Position numbers and translations under genes: made by a program
Shown here: positions 31,572-41,179 of the stretch, piece after piece
How the letters are laid out: each line of letters begins with the position of its first letter
How positions within the stretch are numbered: the first letter of the stretch is position 1
Notes under the pieces: model-generated
Seen by the model: only the letters and a program-made list of their open reading frames with translations
What the model was told of the DNA's origin: nothing
Databases searched by the model: none
Assembly: GCA_009691765.1 (NCBI GenBank)
Contig: SIAO01000002.1
Location: forward strand, 154,415-218,414
Direction of reading: 5' to 3'
Length of the DNA stretch: 64,000 nucleotides
Origin: Planctomycetota bacterium
GTDB lineage: Bacteria > Planctomycetota > GCA-002687715

Positions 31572-33884
31572 ATGAGCCCACTTGCCACCGTTGTCGCTCG
31601 CCTGCACAGCCTTGGCCGACGGCGCACTCTCGCCGTGGCGCTGCGCGGTGCGACTGGCCCCATGGCGGCCGCTGCTGGGCTGGCCGTCACAGGCTTGCTC
31701 TTGGATTGGTGGTTGCATTTGCCCGTGGCAGTGCGCGCCATCCATCTCGCGGCCTCTGTCGCTTTCGTGGGCGTGCTGTGTTGGCGTCAGCTTGTGAAAC
31801 CACTCTCGCGGCGCCCAGGGCTCGAGCAGCTCGCGCTGCTCGCAGAAGCGTCCGATCCGCGGCTCGGCGATCAGCTCATCTCGGCGTTGCAACTTGAACG
31901 CGACTTGAACGCCGGCGTCGCGGTGGAATCCCCAGAGCTCATTCACGCCCTTGTGGCCGATAGCGCGCAACGGTTCAGCACAGAGACTTTCCGCAATGCA
32001 GCACCGCTCGCACCGGCCTTCGGCGCTTTGTGCTTGGGGTTGCTCGCTTGCTGTGTGCCCGCAGGCATCGCCGCAGCCGACAGCGAAATCGCTTCCATCT
32101 GGCTTCAACGCTCGTTGTTGCTCCGCGAAGTCCCTTGGCCTCGCATGCACTATCTTGTGGTGGAAATCTCTGACGCCGCCGAGATGAGCCGCGAGATGCA
32201 GGGCGACAATTTCGTTTTCCATGTAGCGGAACGCACACCTCTGCAAGTGAATGTGAGCGCCGAGCCGGGCACCAAACTCCCCGACTCCGTCAACATGCTG
32301 GTGACGCCGATAGGTGACACAAGCGATGCGCGCGAAATACCGCTTGGGCGTTCACCCTCAGGCGCGTTCCAACACATCTTTCCGCCGTTGATGGCGTCGT
32401 TCTCCTTCTCGGTGAGCGGCGGCGATGACGACGACGGATTGCCGCTGTACGAAATCCGCGTGGCTCGCGCACCGCGTGTCACAGCCTTCAGTGCGCATTA
32501 CGAGTATCCGAGCTACACCGGCATGCAGCCTCGGGACCTCCCCGACGCGAACATCTCTGCACCCGAAGGCACGCGCATCACGCTGCATTTCACGGTGAAC
32601 ATGGGGCTCACGGCATTTCGTCTGAACTTCGAGAAGGCGGGTGCTGCCGAGCCGACGCTGCAACCCGACGGCACTTGGAACCACACTTTCACAGTCAGCG
32701 CTTCGGATGTCTGGAGCTGGAAGTTGCAAGGCGAAAACGGCGTGGCTTCTACTGCGGTGCCGCGCTACGTCGTCACCTGCGAAAACGACCAGCCACCGCA
32801 CCTCGCGCTAGAGCTGCCGGGCAGCACGACTCTCTTGGTCACTCCGCAAGCCGTCATCCCTTTCAAAGGTGTCGCAAGCGACGACTTCGGTGTCACCGAA
32901 CTCGGCCTGCGCTATGGCACAGATCCGAAAGTGCTGGGGCTCAGTGTGCCTTTCAATGCAACGGATCTCGCGACGCCCTTGGGAGGCCGCACGGTTCCAT
33001 TTTTCCGTGCTCAGCCCGTGGCAGCGTTGCGGCTGGCTGCAGAAAGCGCGACCGAAGCCATGCCCTCGCGCCCCGAACGTGCACCCGGCGATGGCGAGCG
33101 TTTCGCAATGCGTCTCGCGGTCGCCGACAACCGCGTCACAGCGACGCAGCCCGAACCGCACCGCATTCTGTCCGAACAAGAGTTTCGCGTGCAAGTCATC
33201 TCTCCTCAGGAACTGCAAAAGGAGTTTTCGCAGCGTCAGGTGCGCCTGCGCGATCGCGCTGCGGACATCACCACACTGCTCGATCAGCGCATCGCCGAAA
33301 CCAGCGACTTGATTGCGGTGCTGCGCGCCTCGAGCGATCAGCCTCCGGGTGAACCGCGTTTCGTTGCTCTCGAACAAGGCGTAGTGCGCATTCAGGGCGA
33401 ATTGGGTTCGCTGTCGCGCCAGTTTCAGCGCATCGCTGATGGCTATTTGTGGAATCGCCTCGACCACGGCTTTCTCACGGAAAAGCTGATGGAAGTGCTC
33501 GGTGCCGGATTCCTTGCGCACCCCGAACAAGAATCGAGCGCCGCTTGGGCGCAGGCTTTGAAAGACGTACGCCCCGCCATCGACGAAGCCACCCTGATGG
33601 GCCGCGTGGCTGCCATTCTGCAACTGGCGCTGAACACAGCCTTGGAGCTTGCGCCTGCTGCCACGAAACAGTTCGCCGTGGTGAACGCCACGCCCATGCC
33701 AGCGCGTCTTGCACCGCTCGAAACCGTCCTGCCGCTGTTGCAAAAACTCCGCGACGGAGTGGCCGCGCTCACTGAGCGGCTGGAGTCGTGGGAAAACTAT
33801 CTCGACGTCATCCAGGGCTTTCGCGAGCTGCTGGATCTTGAAAAAGGTGTGGAGCACAAGCTCCGCAAAGTGACCAACAAGTGA
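31572..33884 (+). CDS. Membrane protein with TMs, Ig-like folds and C-terminal coiled coil (DUF4175-like N-terminal part)
   Basis: Three TMs, LGDQLISALQL, PSYTG, DQPPHL, ASDDFGV, DN motifs. Confidence 0.7.
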   Translation: MSPLATVVARLHSLGRRRTLAVALRGATGPMAAAAGLAVTGLLLDWWLHLPVAVRAIHLAASVAFVGVLCWRQLVKPLSRRPGLEQLALLAEASDPRLGDQLISALQLERDLNAGVAVESPELIHALVADSAQRFSTETFRNAAPLAPAFGALCLGLLACCVPAGIAAADSEIASIWLQRSLLLREVPWPRMHYLVVEISDAAEMSREMQGDNFVFHVAERTPLQVNVSAEPGTKLPDSVNMLVTPIGDTSDAREIPLGRSPSGAFQHIFPPLMASFSFSVSGGDDDDGLPLYEIRVARAPRVTAFSAHYEYPSYTGMQPRDLPDANISAPEGTRITLHFTVNMGLTAFRLNFEKAGAAEPTLQPDGTWNHTFTVSASDVWSWKLQGENGVASTAVPRYVVTCENDQPPHLALELPGSTTLLVTPQAVIPFKGVASDDFGVTELGLRYGTDPKVLGLSVPFNATDLATPLGGRTVPFFRAQPVAALRLAAESATEAMPSRPERAPGDGERFAMRLAVADNRVTATQPEPHRILSEQEFRVQVISPQELQKEFSQRQVRLRDRAADITTLLDQRIAETSDLIAVLRASSDQPPGEPRFVALEQGVVRIQGELGSLSRQFQRIADGYLWNRLDHGFLTEKLMEVLGAGFLAHPEQESSAAWAQALKDVRPAIDEATLMGRVAAILQLALNTALELAPAATKQFAVVNATPMPARLAPLETVLPLLQKLRDGVAALTERLESWENYLDVIQGFRELLDLEKGVEHKLRKVTNK

Positions 33885-33894
33885 GGAGGCTCTC

Positions 33895-36708
33895 ATGCTG
33901 CGTTGCCTGTTGATGGCGCTGCTCGTGTTGCACTGCGCCGAGATGCTGCCTGCCCAAGACGCCTCCACGGACAAAGAACTTCAAGTGATCCTGCGCGAGC
34001 AGGAGAACGCTGTGCGCCGCATCAAAGCTCTACGCGGCCGCGTGGTGCGCTTGCGCGATCGCTTGGTGCGCGAAAACAACGAACGCAGTGTGAAACTGTT
34101 GGACAGTGCTTTGGCCAAACTCGACAGCATCGATCTCGAAAAGCAGTTGGGCAATGTCGCCGAGCTCGTGCGCAAGGGCCAAGCCTTCCATGGTCTCTCG
34201 GAAGCCGCAAAGGCCGTTGGCGAGATTCAACGCATCATCGACTTGCTCATGGAAAAGCCGCCAGAGCAGAGCGAACGCGAGAAGCGCGCGGAAGAATTGG
34301 CGCAAGCCTCGGCGCAACTTGCAGACCTCGCCGCGCGCGAAGAGGCCTTGAAACAAAGCACTGAAGCGGTGCGCGACGGCATGAGCGCGGAAGCGCGGGC
34401 CGCGGCTGCTGCTTTGGGTGATCGCGTCAAAGCGTTGCGTGAACAGCAGCGCCGCTTGGCCACAGAGCTGACCGCAGAACTCAATGCCGAACAGGCCATC
34501 GACCGCGCTGCACAAGCCGCCGAAGAACTGCGTAGTGCCGCAGCCGCACTGCGTGATGCGGAGATGTCTTTGGAGCGCTCGGCACAACTCGCGCAAGCCG
34601 CTCGCCGCGCCGGAGAATTGGCCAAGCAAGCCAACGCCGTCGCAAAAGCGGCCAAGACTACGGCACGCAGCAGCGATGCGTTGCAGGATGTCAACGCTGC
34701 CCTCGCCGACACAAGCAGCACACCCACACAACGCCTTGAAGCTCTGGAGCGTGCCGCGCAGGCCACGCAACGAGCTGCAGAATCTGCTGCTGAAGCCGCA
34801 GAGGCCACGACGAATCCTGCAGAGGCTTCAGCGGAGCGCGCCTTGGCCGATGCTCTTGCGAAAACCGCCGAAGCCACCGCTGCTGCCGCGCGCGCATCCA
34901 CCAGCGAAGCGAGCGCTCGTGATAAAGCGGAAGCCGCGGCCCGCGCCACTGCGAAAAACGCTGCTACGGCGGCAGAGGCTCAAACTACCGCAACGCAACG
35001 CGCCGCCGAAACTCTTGCGGAAAAATCCAAGGCAGCAGCGGCAGCGACGCCTGAAGCGGAGCAAGCGTCTGAAGCCATGAAGGACGGCGCTGCGTCCTCC
35101 GACGCTGCGCAAGATGCCATGAAATCAGGCGCACCTGACAGCGCCGCGCAAAGTGCGGCGGAAGCTGCTGCCGCCTTCGCGCGCGCGCAAGCTGCTCTCA
35201 GCGAAAGCGCCGCAACAGAAGCCTCACAGCAGAACGCACCATTGAACGCGAGCAACGCTGCCGCGAAGGCTGCACAAAGCGCGGCCAAATCGCTCCCGAA
35301 GGAAGGGGCCGCTGCCGAAGCAGCCGCAGCGTTGGAAAAGGCCGCGAGTGAAGCGCAGAGCAGCGCACAAGCCGCCCATGCAGGGAGCAAGCAAGCGCAG
35401 CGTGAACATGCCGAAGCGGCAGCCAAGGCCGCGGAGGCCGCCGCCGCCAAACTCGCCGAAGCGAAACGCGACTTGAGTCGCCGTAAAGAAGACAACGCCG
35501 CAAAAGCGAAAAAGCAGCGCGATCTTTCTCGCAAGATCGACGAAGTGAAACGCGCCGCTGCGGAGCGCACCGAGAAACCGTTCGAGGCCGCGAGCAAGGC
35601 GCTCGAAGAAGCCGCGCAAGCGCAGCAGCAAGGCGCGCAAGCGAGCGAATCCTCTGACAATGCCGGAGCCGACAAGGCGCAACAGCAAAGTGGTGAGGCT
35701 CTCGATCGCGCTGCGCAAGCGTTGCAAGACGCTGCCAACGCGCGAGAGAAGAATGAGCAAGCCGATGCGAGCGAACAGCAAGAGCTGGCGCGGCGTCAGA
35801 AGGAACTTCAAGAACAAGGGCAGCAGCTCGCCGAATCGATGAAGAACATCTCTCCTGAAGGTGCCAGCAAGGCATCTTCCGCGAGTGAAAGCATGGACTC
35901 CGCGCAACAGAGTTTGCAGCGCAAGGACGCTGGCGCTGCTGCCGAGCAAGAGCAAGAGGCCATCGACAAATTGAAAGATGCGCAGAAGAAGGTGGACGAA
36001 GAGCGCGGGAAGTACGACGACCTGCAGCAAGAGGAACTGCTCTTCCAGCTCAAAGCCGAGGTTGAGAAGTTGATCGTCATTCAAAAAGAGATCAATGCGA
36101 GCTCGCTGAAAGTCCACGCGGAAGCCGAAGGTGGTCGCGTGAGCCGCTCGTCGCGCCGCACATTGCAAGAATTGGGCACACGCGAGACGGCGGCTTCGCA
36201 GACCCTTGGCGGACTCCGTAAATCGATTGAAGAAGAACAAGGCGGCGGCATGGTGTTCTCGTGGCTGATGGAACGCATCGGCAACGACATGAACACCGCC
36301 ACGCAAGACCTAGCCAAAGGCACCGTGACCCAAGTGACTCTTGGCGCTGAAAACGATGCGCTGCAAGGCTTGGAAGACATGCGCCAGACGCTCGAAGATG
36401 AAATCGAATCGCGTAAGAAGATGAAGCAAGGCGATCCGCAGGAAGGGCAGCCACAGAAGCCTCAGTTGGTCGGCATGCTCGCGGAACTCCTGCTCGTGCG
36501 CCGTATGCAGCAGGGCTTCAACACGGATCAAGAAAAGTTCTTTGCGCGCAATCCGAAACTTGGTGCCGATGGCGATCCTCTCGACAAGCTGGTGTTAGAG
36601 CGCCTCGCCCACCGCCAGTCCGCCATTCGTGAGCGCTTCGAGAAACTGTTGGAGAAAATGCAGAGCGGCCAACCCGCCCCTGCTGAAGGTGAAGGAGAAG
36701 GCAAATGA
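33895..36708 (+). CDS. Secreted Ala/Gln/Glu-rich long coiled-coil protein
   Basis: GGAGG RBS, signal peptide, about 900 aa of helical sequence, C-terminal LAELLLVRRMQ. Confidence 0.75.
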   Translation: MLRCLLMALLVLHCAEMLPAQDASTDKELQVILREQENAVRRIKALRGRVVRLRDRLVRENNERSVKLLDSALAKLDSIDLEKQLGNVAELVRKGQAFHGLSEAAKAVGEIQRIIDLLMEKPPEQSEREKRAEELAQASAQLADLAAREEALKQSTEAVRDGMSAEARAAAAALGDRVKALREQQRRLATELTAELNAEQAIDRAAQAAEELRSAAAALRDAEMSLERSAQLAQAARRAGELAKQANAVAKAAKTTARSSDALQDVNAALADTSSTPTQRLEALERAAQATQRAAESAAEAAEATTNPAEASAERALADALAKTAEATAAAARASTSEASARDKAEAAARATAKNAATAAEAQTTATQRAAETLAEKSKAAAAATPEAEQASEAMKDGAASSDAAQDAMKSGAPDSAAQSAAEAAAAFARAQAALSESAATEASQQNAPLNASNAAAKAAQSAAKSLPKEGAAAEAAAALEKAASEAQSSAQAAHAGSKQAQREHAEAAAKAAEAAAAKLAEAKRDLSRRKEDNAAKAKKQRDLSRKIDEVKRAAAERTEKPFEAASKALEEAAQAQQQGAQASESSDNAGADKAQQQSGEALDRAAQALQDAANAREKNEQADASEQQELARRQKELQEQGQQLAESMKNISPEGASKASSASESMDSAQQSLQRKDAGAAAEQEQEAIDKLKDAQKKVDEERGKYDDLQQEELLFQLKAEVEKLIVIQKEINASSLKVHAEAEGGRVSRSSRRTLQELGTRETAASQTLGGLRKSIEEEQGGGMVFSWLMERIGNDMNTATQDLAKGTVTQVTLGAENDALQGLEDMRQTLEDEIESRKKMKQGDPQEGQPQKPQLVGMLAELLLVRRMQQGFNTDQEKFFARNPKLGADGDPLDKLVLERLAHRQSAIRERFEKLLEKMQSGQPAPAEGEGEGK

Positions 36709-37361
36709 AAGCGCTGTCTCTGCTCGCTGCGAGTGTGTTGCTGCTCCCGACGCTTGTCGCACAAGAACCGGAAACGCCTGCCACAGATCCGGGTGAATTG
36801 CTGCGCCAGATTCAGCGCAACATGCAAGCTGTCGAGAAGGGCCTCGATGAACTGGCCACGGAGGAAGCCGGTGCTGCTGGCCGCCGCACAGTGGAATCCA
36901 TCAATCGCGCCATCGAAGAGATGAAGAAGAACGGCCAGCAGGTCACCAAAGACATCGACGAGATCATCAAGCAGATGAAGAGCTCGGGCGGTGGAGGCGG
37001 TGGTGGCGGCGGGCAAAGTGGCGGCAAAGGCGGAGAGAAAAGCAGAAACAGTGGCAAAGAACGCGGCAGCGCCAAAGACCGCAACAAGCCCGAGCCCGGG
37101 CAAGAAGATGGCGAAGGCAAGCAGTCGAAAGGTGGTGGCAAGGAGGACAACACCTCCCCCGATCAGCCGGGTGGGCGCAACGAAAACGGCCCGGGGCGCC
37201 CAGAAGATCCGCGCGAGCGCTTCCGCCAAGAACTTCTCGAAGGCCGCTGGGGCGTGTTGCCTCCGGAGCTGCGCCAGCGCCTGATCGAGCGCAACTTCCG
37301 CGAGTTCACGCCCGAGTATCAAGAAGAATTGCGCGCCTACTTCCGCCGCCTCGCGCGCTAG
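36705..37361 (+). CDS. Secreted coiled-coil / Gly-rich linker protein with W-LP...Y..YF..L terminal motif
   Basis: Signal peptide, short coiled coil, poly-Gly, tail WGVLPPELRQ...PEYQEELRAYFRRLAR; ATGA overlap. Confidence 0.72.
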   Translation: MKALSLLAASVLLLPTLVAQEPETPATDPGELLRQIQRNMQAVEKGLDELATEEAGAAGRRTVESINRAIEEMKKNGQQVTKDIDEIIKQMKSSGGGGGGGGGQSGGKGGEKSRNSGKERGSAKDRNKPEPGQEDGEGKQSKGGGKEDNTSPDQPGGRNENGPGRPEDPRERFRQELLEGRWGVLPPELRQRLIERNFREFTPEYQEELRAYFRRLAR

Positions 37362-37371
37362 GCGCGGAGGT

Positions 37372-37422
37372 GGTTTGTGCGTTTCGTTGCACAGACCGAT
37401 AGGCGCGCCTCGTTGCGAGGCG
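37372..37422. terminator. Two hairpins between convergent genes (possible bidirectional terminator)
   Basis: GGTTTGTGC/GCACAGACC (37372-37397) and CGCCTCG-TTG-CGAGGCG (37406-37422); no strong U tract. Confidence 0.4.
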
Positions 37423-37436
37423 AACCAACGCCACAC

Positions 37437-38684
37437 CTACTCTGCGCTGGGCTGTGATTGCGGGATACGCGGAGCAATTTCCGTGTCCATGCCGCTGTGC
37501 TGGATGCGCAAGCCGCGCGCCTTCAAGTAACGGCTTTCTTCGAGTGGCAACATCACCGGATGGTCCGGTGCTTGGCTACCGCGGAAGAACTCCTGCGCGC
37601 GCACACCAACGCTCTTCGCGGCCGCGGCCACCATCTCGTCAAACGAGCTGTCCGGCACATGCTGGCTGCATGAATGCGTGAACAAAACTCCGCCGTCACG
37701 CAGCACGCGGAAGGCCTTCGCATTGGTTTCGTGATACAGCGCGAGGCCGCGCTCGATGTCCCCGCGACGGTGCACAAACTTCGGCGGATCCAGCACGATG
37801 ACATCGAAACTGCGCTTCTCTTGGTGGCAATGATCCAACATGCGCAGCACATTGGCTTTCTCAAAAGTCATCTGCTCCTGCACGCCGGCCTTCTCGGCCG
37901 CGATACGACCAAGTTCCAACGCGGGCTCAGAGGAATCCACGCAGGTCACATGCGTGGCGCCTTCAAGGGCCATACGCAAGCCGAATCCACCGACGTAGCT
38001 GAACGCATCCAGCACTTCGCGGCCACGCGCGAAGGGCGCCATCAAACGGCGGTTCTCGCGTTGATCTGAATACCAGCCCGTCTTCTGGCCTTCCATCGGA
38101 TCGCACAGCCATGTAACGCCGTACTCCGTCACTTCCATCGGGCCAGGCGGTAGCGAGCCGTAGAGCACGCCGCCAGTACGCGTCATGCCTTCTTCTTCCG
38201 TAGCGGTGCGACTCTCACGCTCTACGATGGCGACGGGAGCGCAACGCTCCACCAAGCGCTGCACGATGGGTTCGAGGAAGCGCGTCAGCCCGAAGCAACT
38301 GAGTTGCAGCACCAAGACCTTGCCCACTTTGTCCACGATCAATCCGGGGATGCCATCGCCTTCCGAGTGCACGAGGCGGAATGAGTTGGCCACTTCTGGC
38401 AAACGCAACACGTCTTCGCGCATGCTGAGGGCCAAGTCGAGGCGCTTCAGCAGCAACGCTGCATCCAACGTGCCTTCGCCCTTCAAAGCCACGAGGCGCA
38501 CTGAAATCTGGCTCTTGCTGTTCCAGAAGCCCTCGCCGATGAGGCGCCCAGCGTCATCCATAAGTTCGACCACATCGCCATCGGCAACTTGGCCGCGCAC
38601 GCGGTCGATGGCACCTGAAAACACCCAAGGGTGACCGAACCAGAAGGGGCGTGCTTTACGGGCTTTGAGGATGACTTTGGCCAT
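37437..38684 (-). CDS. rlmI: 23S rRNA m5C1962-type methyltransferase
   Basis: PUA domain HPWVFSGAI, SEGDGIPGL, GQKTGWYSDQRENR, LDAFSYVGGF, LDPP. Confidence 0.88.
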   Translation of the reverse strand: MAKVILKARKARPFWFGHPWVFSGAIDRVRGQVADGDVVELMDDAGRLIGEGFWNSKSQISVRLVALKGEGTLDAALLLKRLDLALSMREDVLRLPEVANSFRLVHSEGDGIPGLIVDKVGKVLVLQLSCFGLTRFLEPIVQRLVERCAPVAIVERESRTATEEEGMTRTGGVLYGSLPPGPMEVTEYGVTWLCDPMEGQKTGWYSDQRENRRLMAPFARGREVLDAFSYVGGFGLRMALEGATHVTCVDSSEPALELGRIAAEKAGVQEQMTFEKANVLRMLDHCHQEKRSFDVIVLDPPKFVHRRGDIERGLALYHETNAKAFRVLRDGGVLFTHSCSQHVPDSSFDEMVAAAAKSVGVRAQEFFRGSQAPDHPVMLPLEESRYLKARGLRIQHSGMDTEIAPRIPQSQPSAE

Positions 38685-38809
38685 GACAGTTCTCCAACGG
38701 GGCGCGATGGTAGCGCGCTCTTGCTCGGAGCCGAGCGACAGCGTTCGCAGGAGCCTCCTGCGAGCCAAACTGGCTGCTATCCTGCCCAGACTCAAAGGAC
38801 CCGCGCACT

Positions 38810-39982
38810 ATGGCCAACCCGCTGCTCAAGACCGATTTCTACGACGTGGATGGCTTGTTCGAAGAAGAAGAGTTGTTGGCGCGCGACGAAGTGCGGCGCT
38901 GGGTGCGCGAGCGCTTCATGCCCATCGTGGAGCACTGCTACCGCGACGGCGAGTTCCCGCTGGAACGCGCGTTGGAGCTGGCCAAACTCGGCACCTTTGG
39001 CGCCAACTTGCACGGTTACGGCTGCGCCGGAATGTCCTCCACCGCCTACGGACTGATGATGCAAGAGTTGGAGTGGTGCGACTCCGGCCTGCGCTCGTTC
39101 GTGTCCGTGCAAGGCGCGCTTTGCATGTATCCCATCTACGCCTTCGGCAGCGACGCGCAGAAAGAGAAGTACTTGCCCGGCATGGCTGAAGGCAAGATTC
39201 TCGGGTGCTTCGGCCTCACCGAACCGGATTTCGGCAGCAACCCCGGCGGCTTGCTCGCCAAAGCTGAAGATCGCGGCAGCCACTATCGCCTCAACGGCGC
39301 CAAGATGTGGATCACCAGTTCGCCGCTCGCGCACTTCGCCATTGTCTGGGCCAAACTCGACGGCAAGATCTGCGGCTTCATCGTCGAGCGCGAGCGCGAA
39401 GGCTTCTCCACTCCTGTGCAAGACCGCAAGTGGTCACTGCGCTGCTCCGTCACCGGCGAAATCGTGATGCAGGATGTGGACATTCCCAAAGAAAACTTGC
39501 TGCCCGGCGCAATCGGCCTGAAAACCGCTCTCGCGTGCCTGTCACAAGCGCGCTACGGCATCGCTTATGGCGCGATCGGTGCTGCCGCGAGCTGCTACGA
39601 AACCGCGCGGGATTACACCCTTAGCCGCATTCAGTTCGGCAAGCCGCTCGCATCATTCCAGTTGATCCAGACCAAACTGGCCAACATGCTCACCGAGATC
39701 ACGAAAGCGCAGATGCTGTGCTGGCGCCTCGGCCGCTTGAAGGATGTGGGCAAGATGGATTTCGCGCAGGTCTCCATGGCCAAGCGCAACAATGTCGGCC
39801 GTGCCTTGGAAATCGCGCGCACGGCTCGGGACATGCTCGGAGCCAACGGCATCACCGACGAATACCCCGTGGGTCGCCACATGATGAACCTCGAAACGGT
39901 GAACACCTACGAAGGCACCTACGACATCCATGGGCTCATCCTCGGCGAACGCATCACCGGGATTCAGTCCTACGGCGGCTGA
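38810..39982 (+). CDS. gcdH: Acyl-CoA dehydrogenase, glutaryl-CoA dehydrogenase type
   Basis: DSGLRSFVSVQGAL, CFGLTEPDFGSNP, NLETVNTYEGTYDIH. Confidence 0.85.
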   Translation: MANPLLKTDFYDVDGLFEEEELLARDEVRRWVRERFMPIVEHCYRDGEFPLERALELAKLGTFGANLHGYGCAGMSSTAYGLMMQELEWCDSGLRSFVSVQGALCMYPIYAFGSDAQKEKYLPGMAEGKILGCFGLTEPDFGSNPGGLLAKAEDRGSHYRLNGAKMWITSSPLAHFAIVWAKLDGKICGFIVEREREGFSTPVQDRKWSLRCSVTGEIVMQDVDIPKENLLPGAIGLKTALACLSQARYGIAYGAIGAAASCYETARDYTLSRIQFGKPLASFQLIQTKLANMLTEITKAQMLCWRLGRLKDVGKMDFAQVSMAKRNNVGRALEIARTARDMLGANGITDEYPVGRHMMNLETVNTYEGTYDIHGLILGERITGIQSYGG

Positions 39983-39988
39983 CGGCTG

Positions 39989-41164
39989 ATGAACGCGCCT
40001 GCAGAACTGCTCGCGCGCTACGGTTCGCCGCTGTATGTGTATGACGCTGCGGTGCTCGACGCGGCACTCGCTGCTGCCCGCACTGCATTTGCTGGCTGTA
40101 GCGCTCGCTACGCCCTGAAAGCCAACGCCAACGCAGTGCTGTTGCGGCGCATCGCAGCCACTGGTTTCGGCGCCGACGCAGTGAGCCCACTGGAAGTGCG
40201 CGCTGCACTGGCTGCGGGGTTTGCGCGTGAGGCTGTTTCCTACACAGGCCATGCCAGTTCGCGCGAAGAGCTTGCTGCGGTGAGCCACGCTGGCGTGGAA
40301 ATCACCCTCGACAGCATCGAAGGCCTACGCCGCCTTGCTGACGTCGCGCCCGGCTCTGCGTGCGGGCTGCGCATCAACACCGGCATCGGCGCTGGGCATC
40401 ACCGCAATGTGGTCACTGGCGGTGCGGCCTCGAAGTTTGGCGTGCCACTCGAGGATCTCGCCGCCGCCATGACCGAAGCGCAGCGCTGCGGGTTGCGCAT
40501 CATCGGACTGCACCAACACGTGGGTTCAGGAATCCTCACTGCTCAACCGCTGATCGACGCCGCAGAAATGCTGTTGCGCGCGGCCACGCCTTGGGCGCAG
40601 CGCCTCAAGTGGCTCGATTTCGGTGGTGGTTTCGGCATCCCCTACCGCTCCGAAGAAGCAGCCCTCGATCTGGGCGCGGTGGTGAGCGGCATCCGCGAGC
40701 GCGCGGCCATTTGGTGCAAGGGCAACGAAACTTCGCTGGAACTGCGTTTTCAACCCGGCCGCATTCTCGTGGGCGCGTGCGGCACACTCTTGGTGCGCGT
40801 GATCGAAGTGAAGTCCTCCCTTTCTGCGTTGTGGGTGGCCACCGATTCCGGCTCGCATCACTTGCTGCGGCCCATGCTGTACGGCGCGTACCACCGCATC
40901 GAAAACCTCAGCCACCCAGACGCAGCGCCAACCCTCGTCAATGTCACCGGAGTGCTGTGTGAATCCGGCGATGTGCTGGCCCACGAGCGCTCGCTACCGC
41001 TGCCGCGCGAAGGCGACATCTTGGCCATCCGCGACGTGGGCGCTTACGGCTTCGCCATGGCCAGCACCTACAACCTCCGGCCCCGTCCAGCCGAAGTGCT
41101 GCTCCATGCCGTAGGCGCCGAGCTCATCCGCCCTCGCGAAACCGACTCCAGCGTCCTCGGCTGA
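39989..41164 (+). CDS. lysA: Diaminopimelate decarboxylase
   Basis: YALKAN (PLP Lys), SKFG, HQHVGSG, DFGGG, LCESGD, GAYGFAMASTYN. Confidence 0.9.
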   Translation: MNAPAELLARYGSPLYVYDAAVLDAALAAARTAFAGCSARYALKANANAVLLRRIAATGFGADAVSPLEVRAALAAGFAREAVSYTGHASSREELAAVSHAGVEITLDSIEGLRRLADVAPGSACGLRINTGIGAGHHRNVVTGGAASKFGVPLEDLAAAMTEAQRCGLRIIGLHQHVGSGILTAQPLIDAAEMLLRAATPWAQRLKWLDFGGGFGIPYRSEEAALDLGAVVSGIRERAAIWCKGNETSLELRFQPGRILVGACGTLLVRVIEVKSSLSALWVATDSGSHHLLRPMLYGAYHRIENLSHPDAAPTLVNVTGVLCESGDVLAHERSLPLPREGDILAIRDVGAYGFAMASTYNLRPRPAEVLLHAVGAELIRPRETDSSVLG

Positions 41165-41179
41165 GCCCTCCACCCACGC

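Noticed and set aside
34200..35950. Repeat array or CRISPR in the GCC/GCA-rich stretch
   Set aside because: Low-complexity Ala/Glu/Gln coding sequence with no fixed repeat-spacer periodicity.
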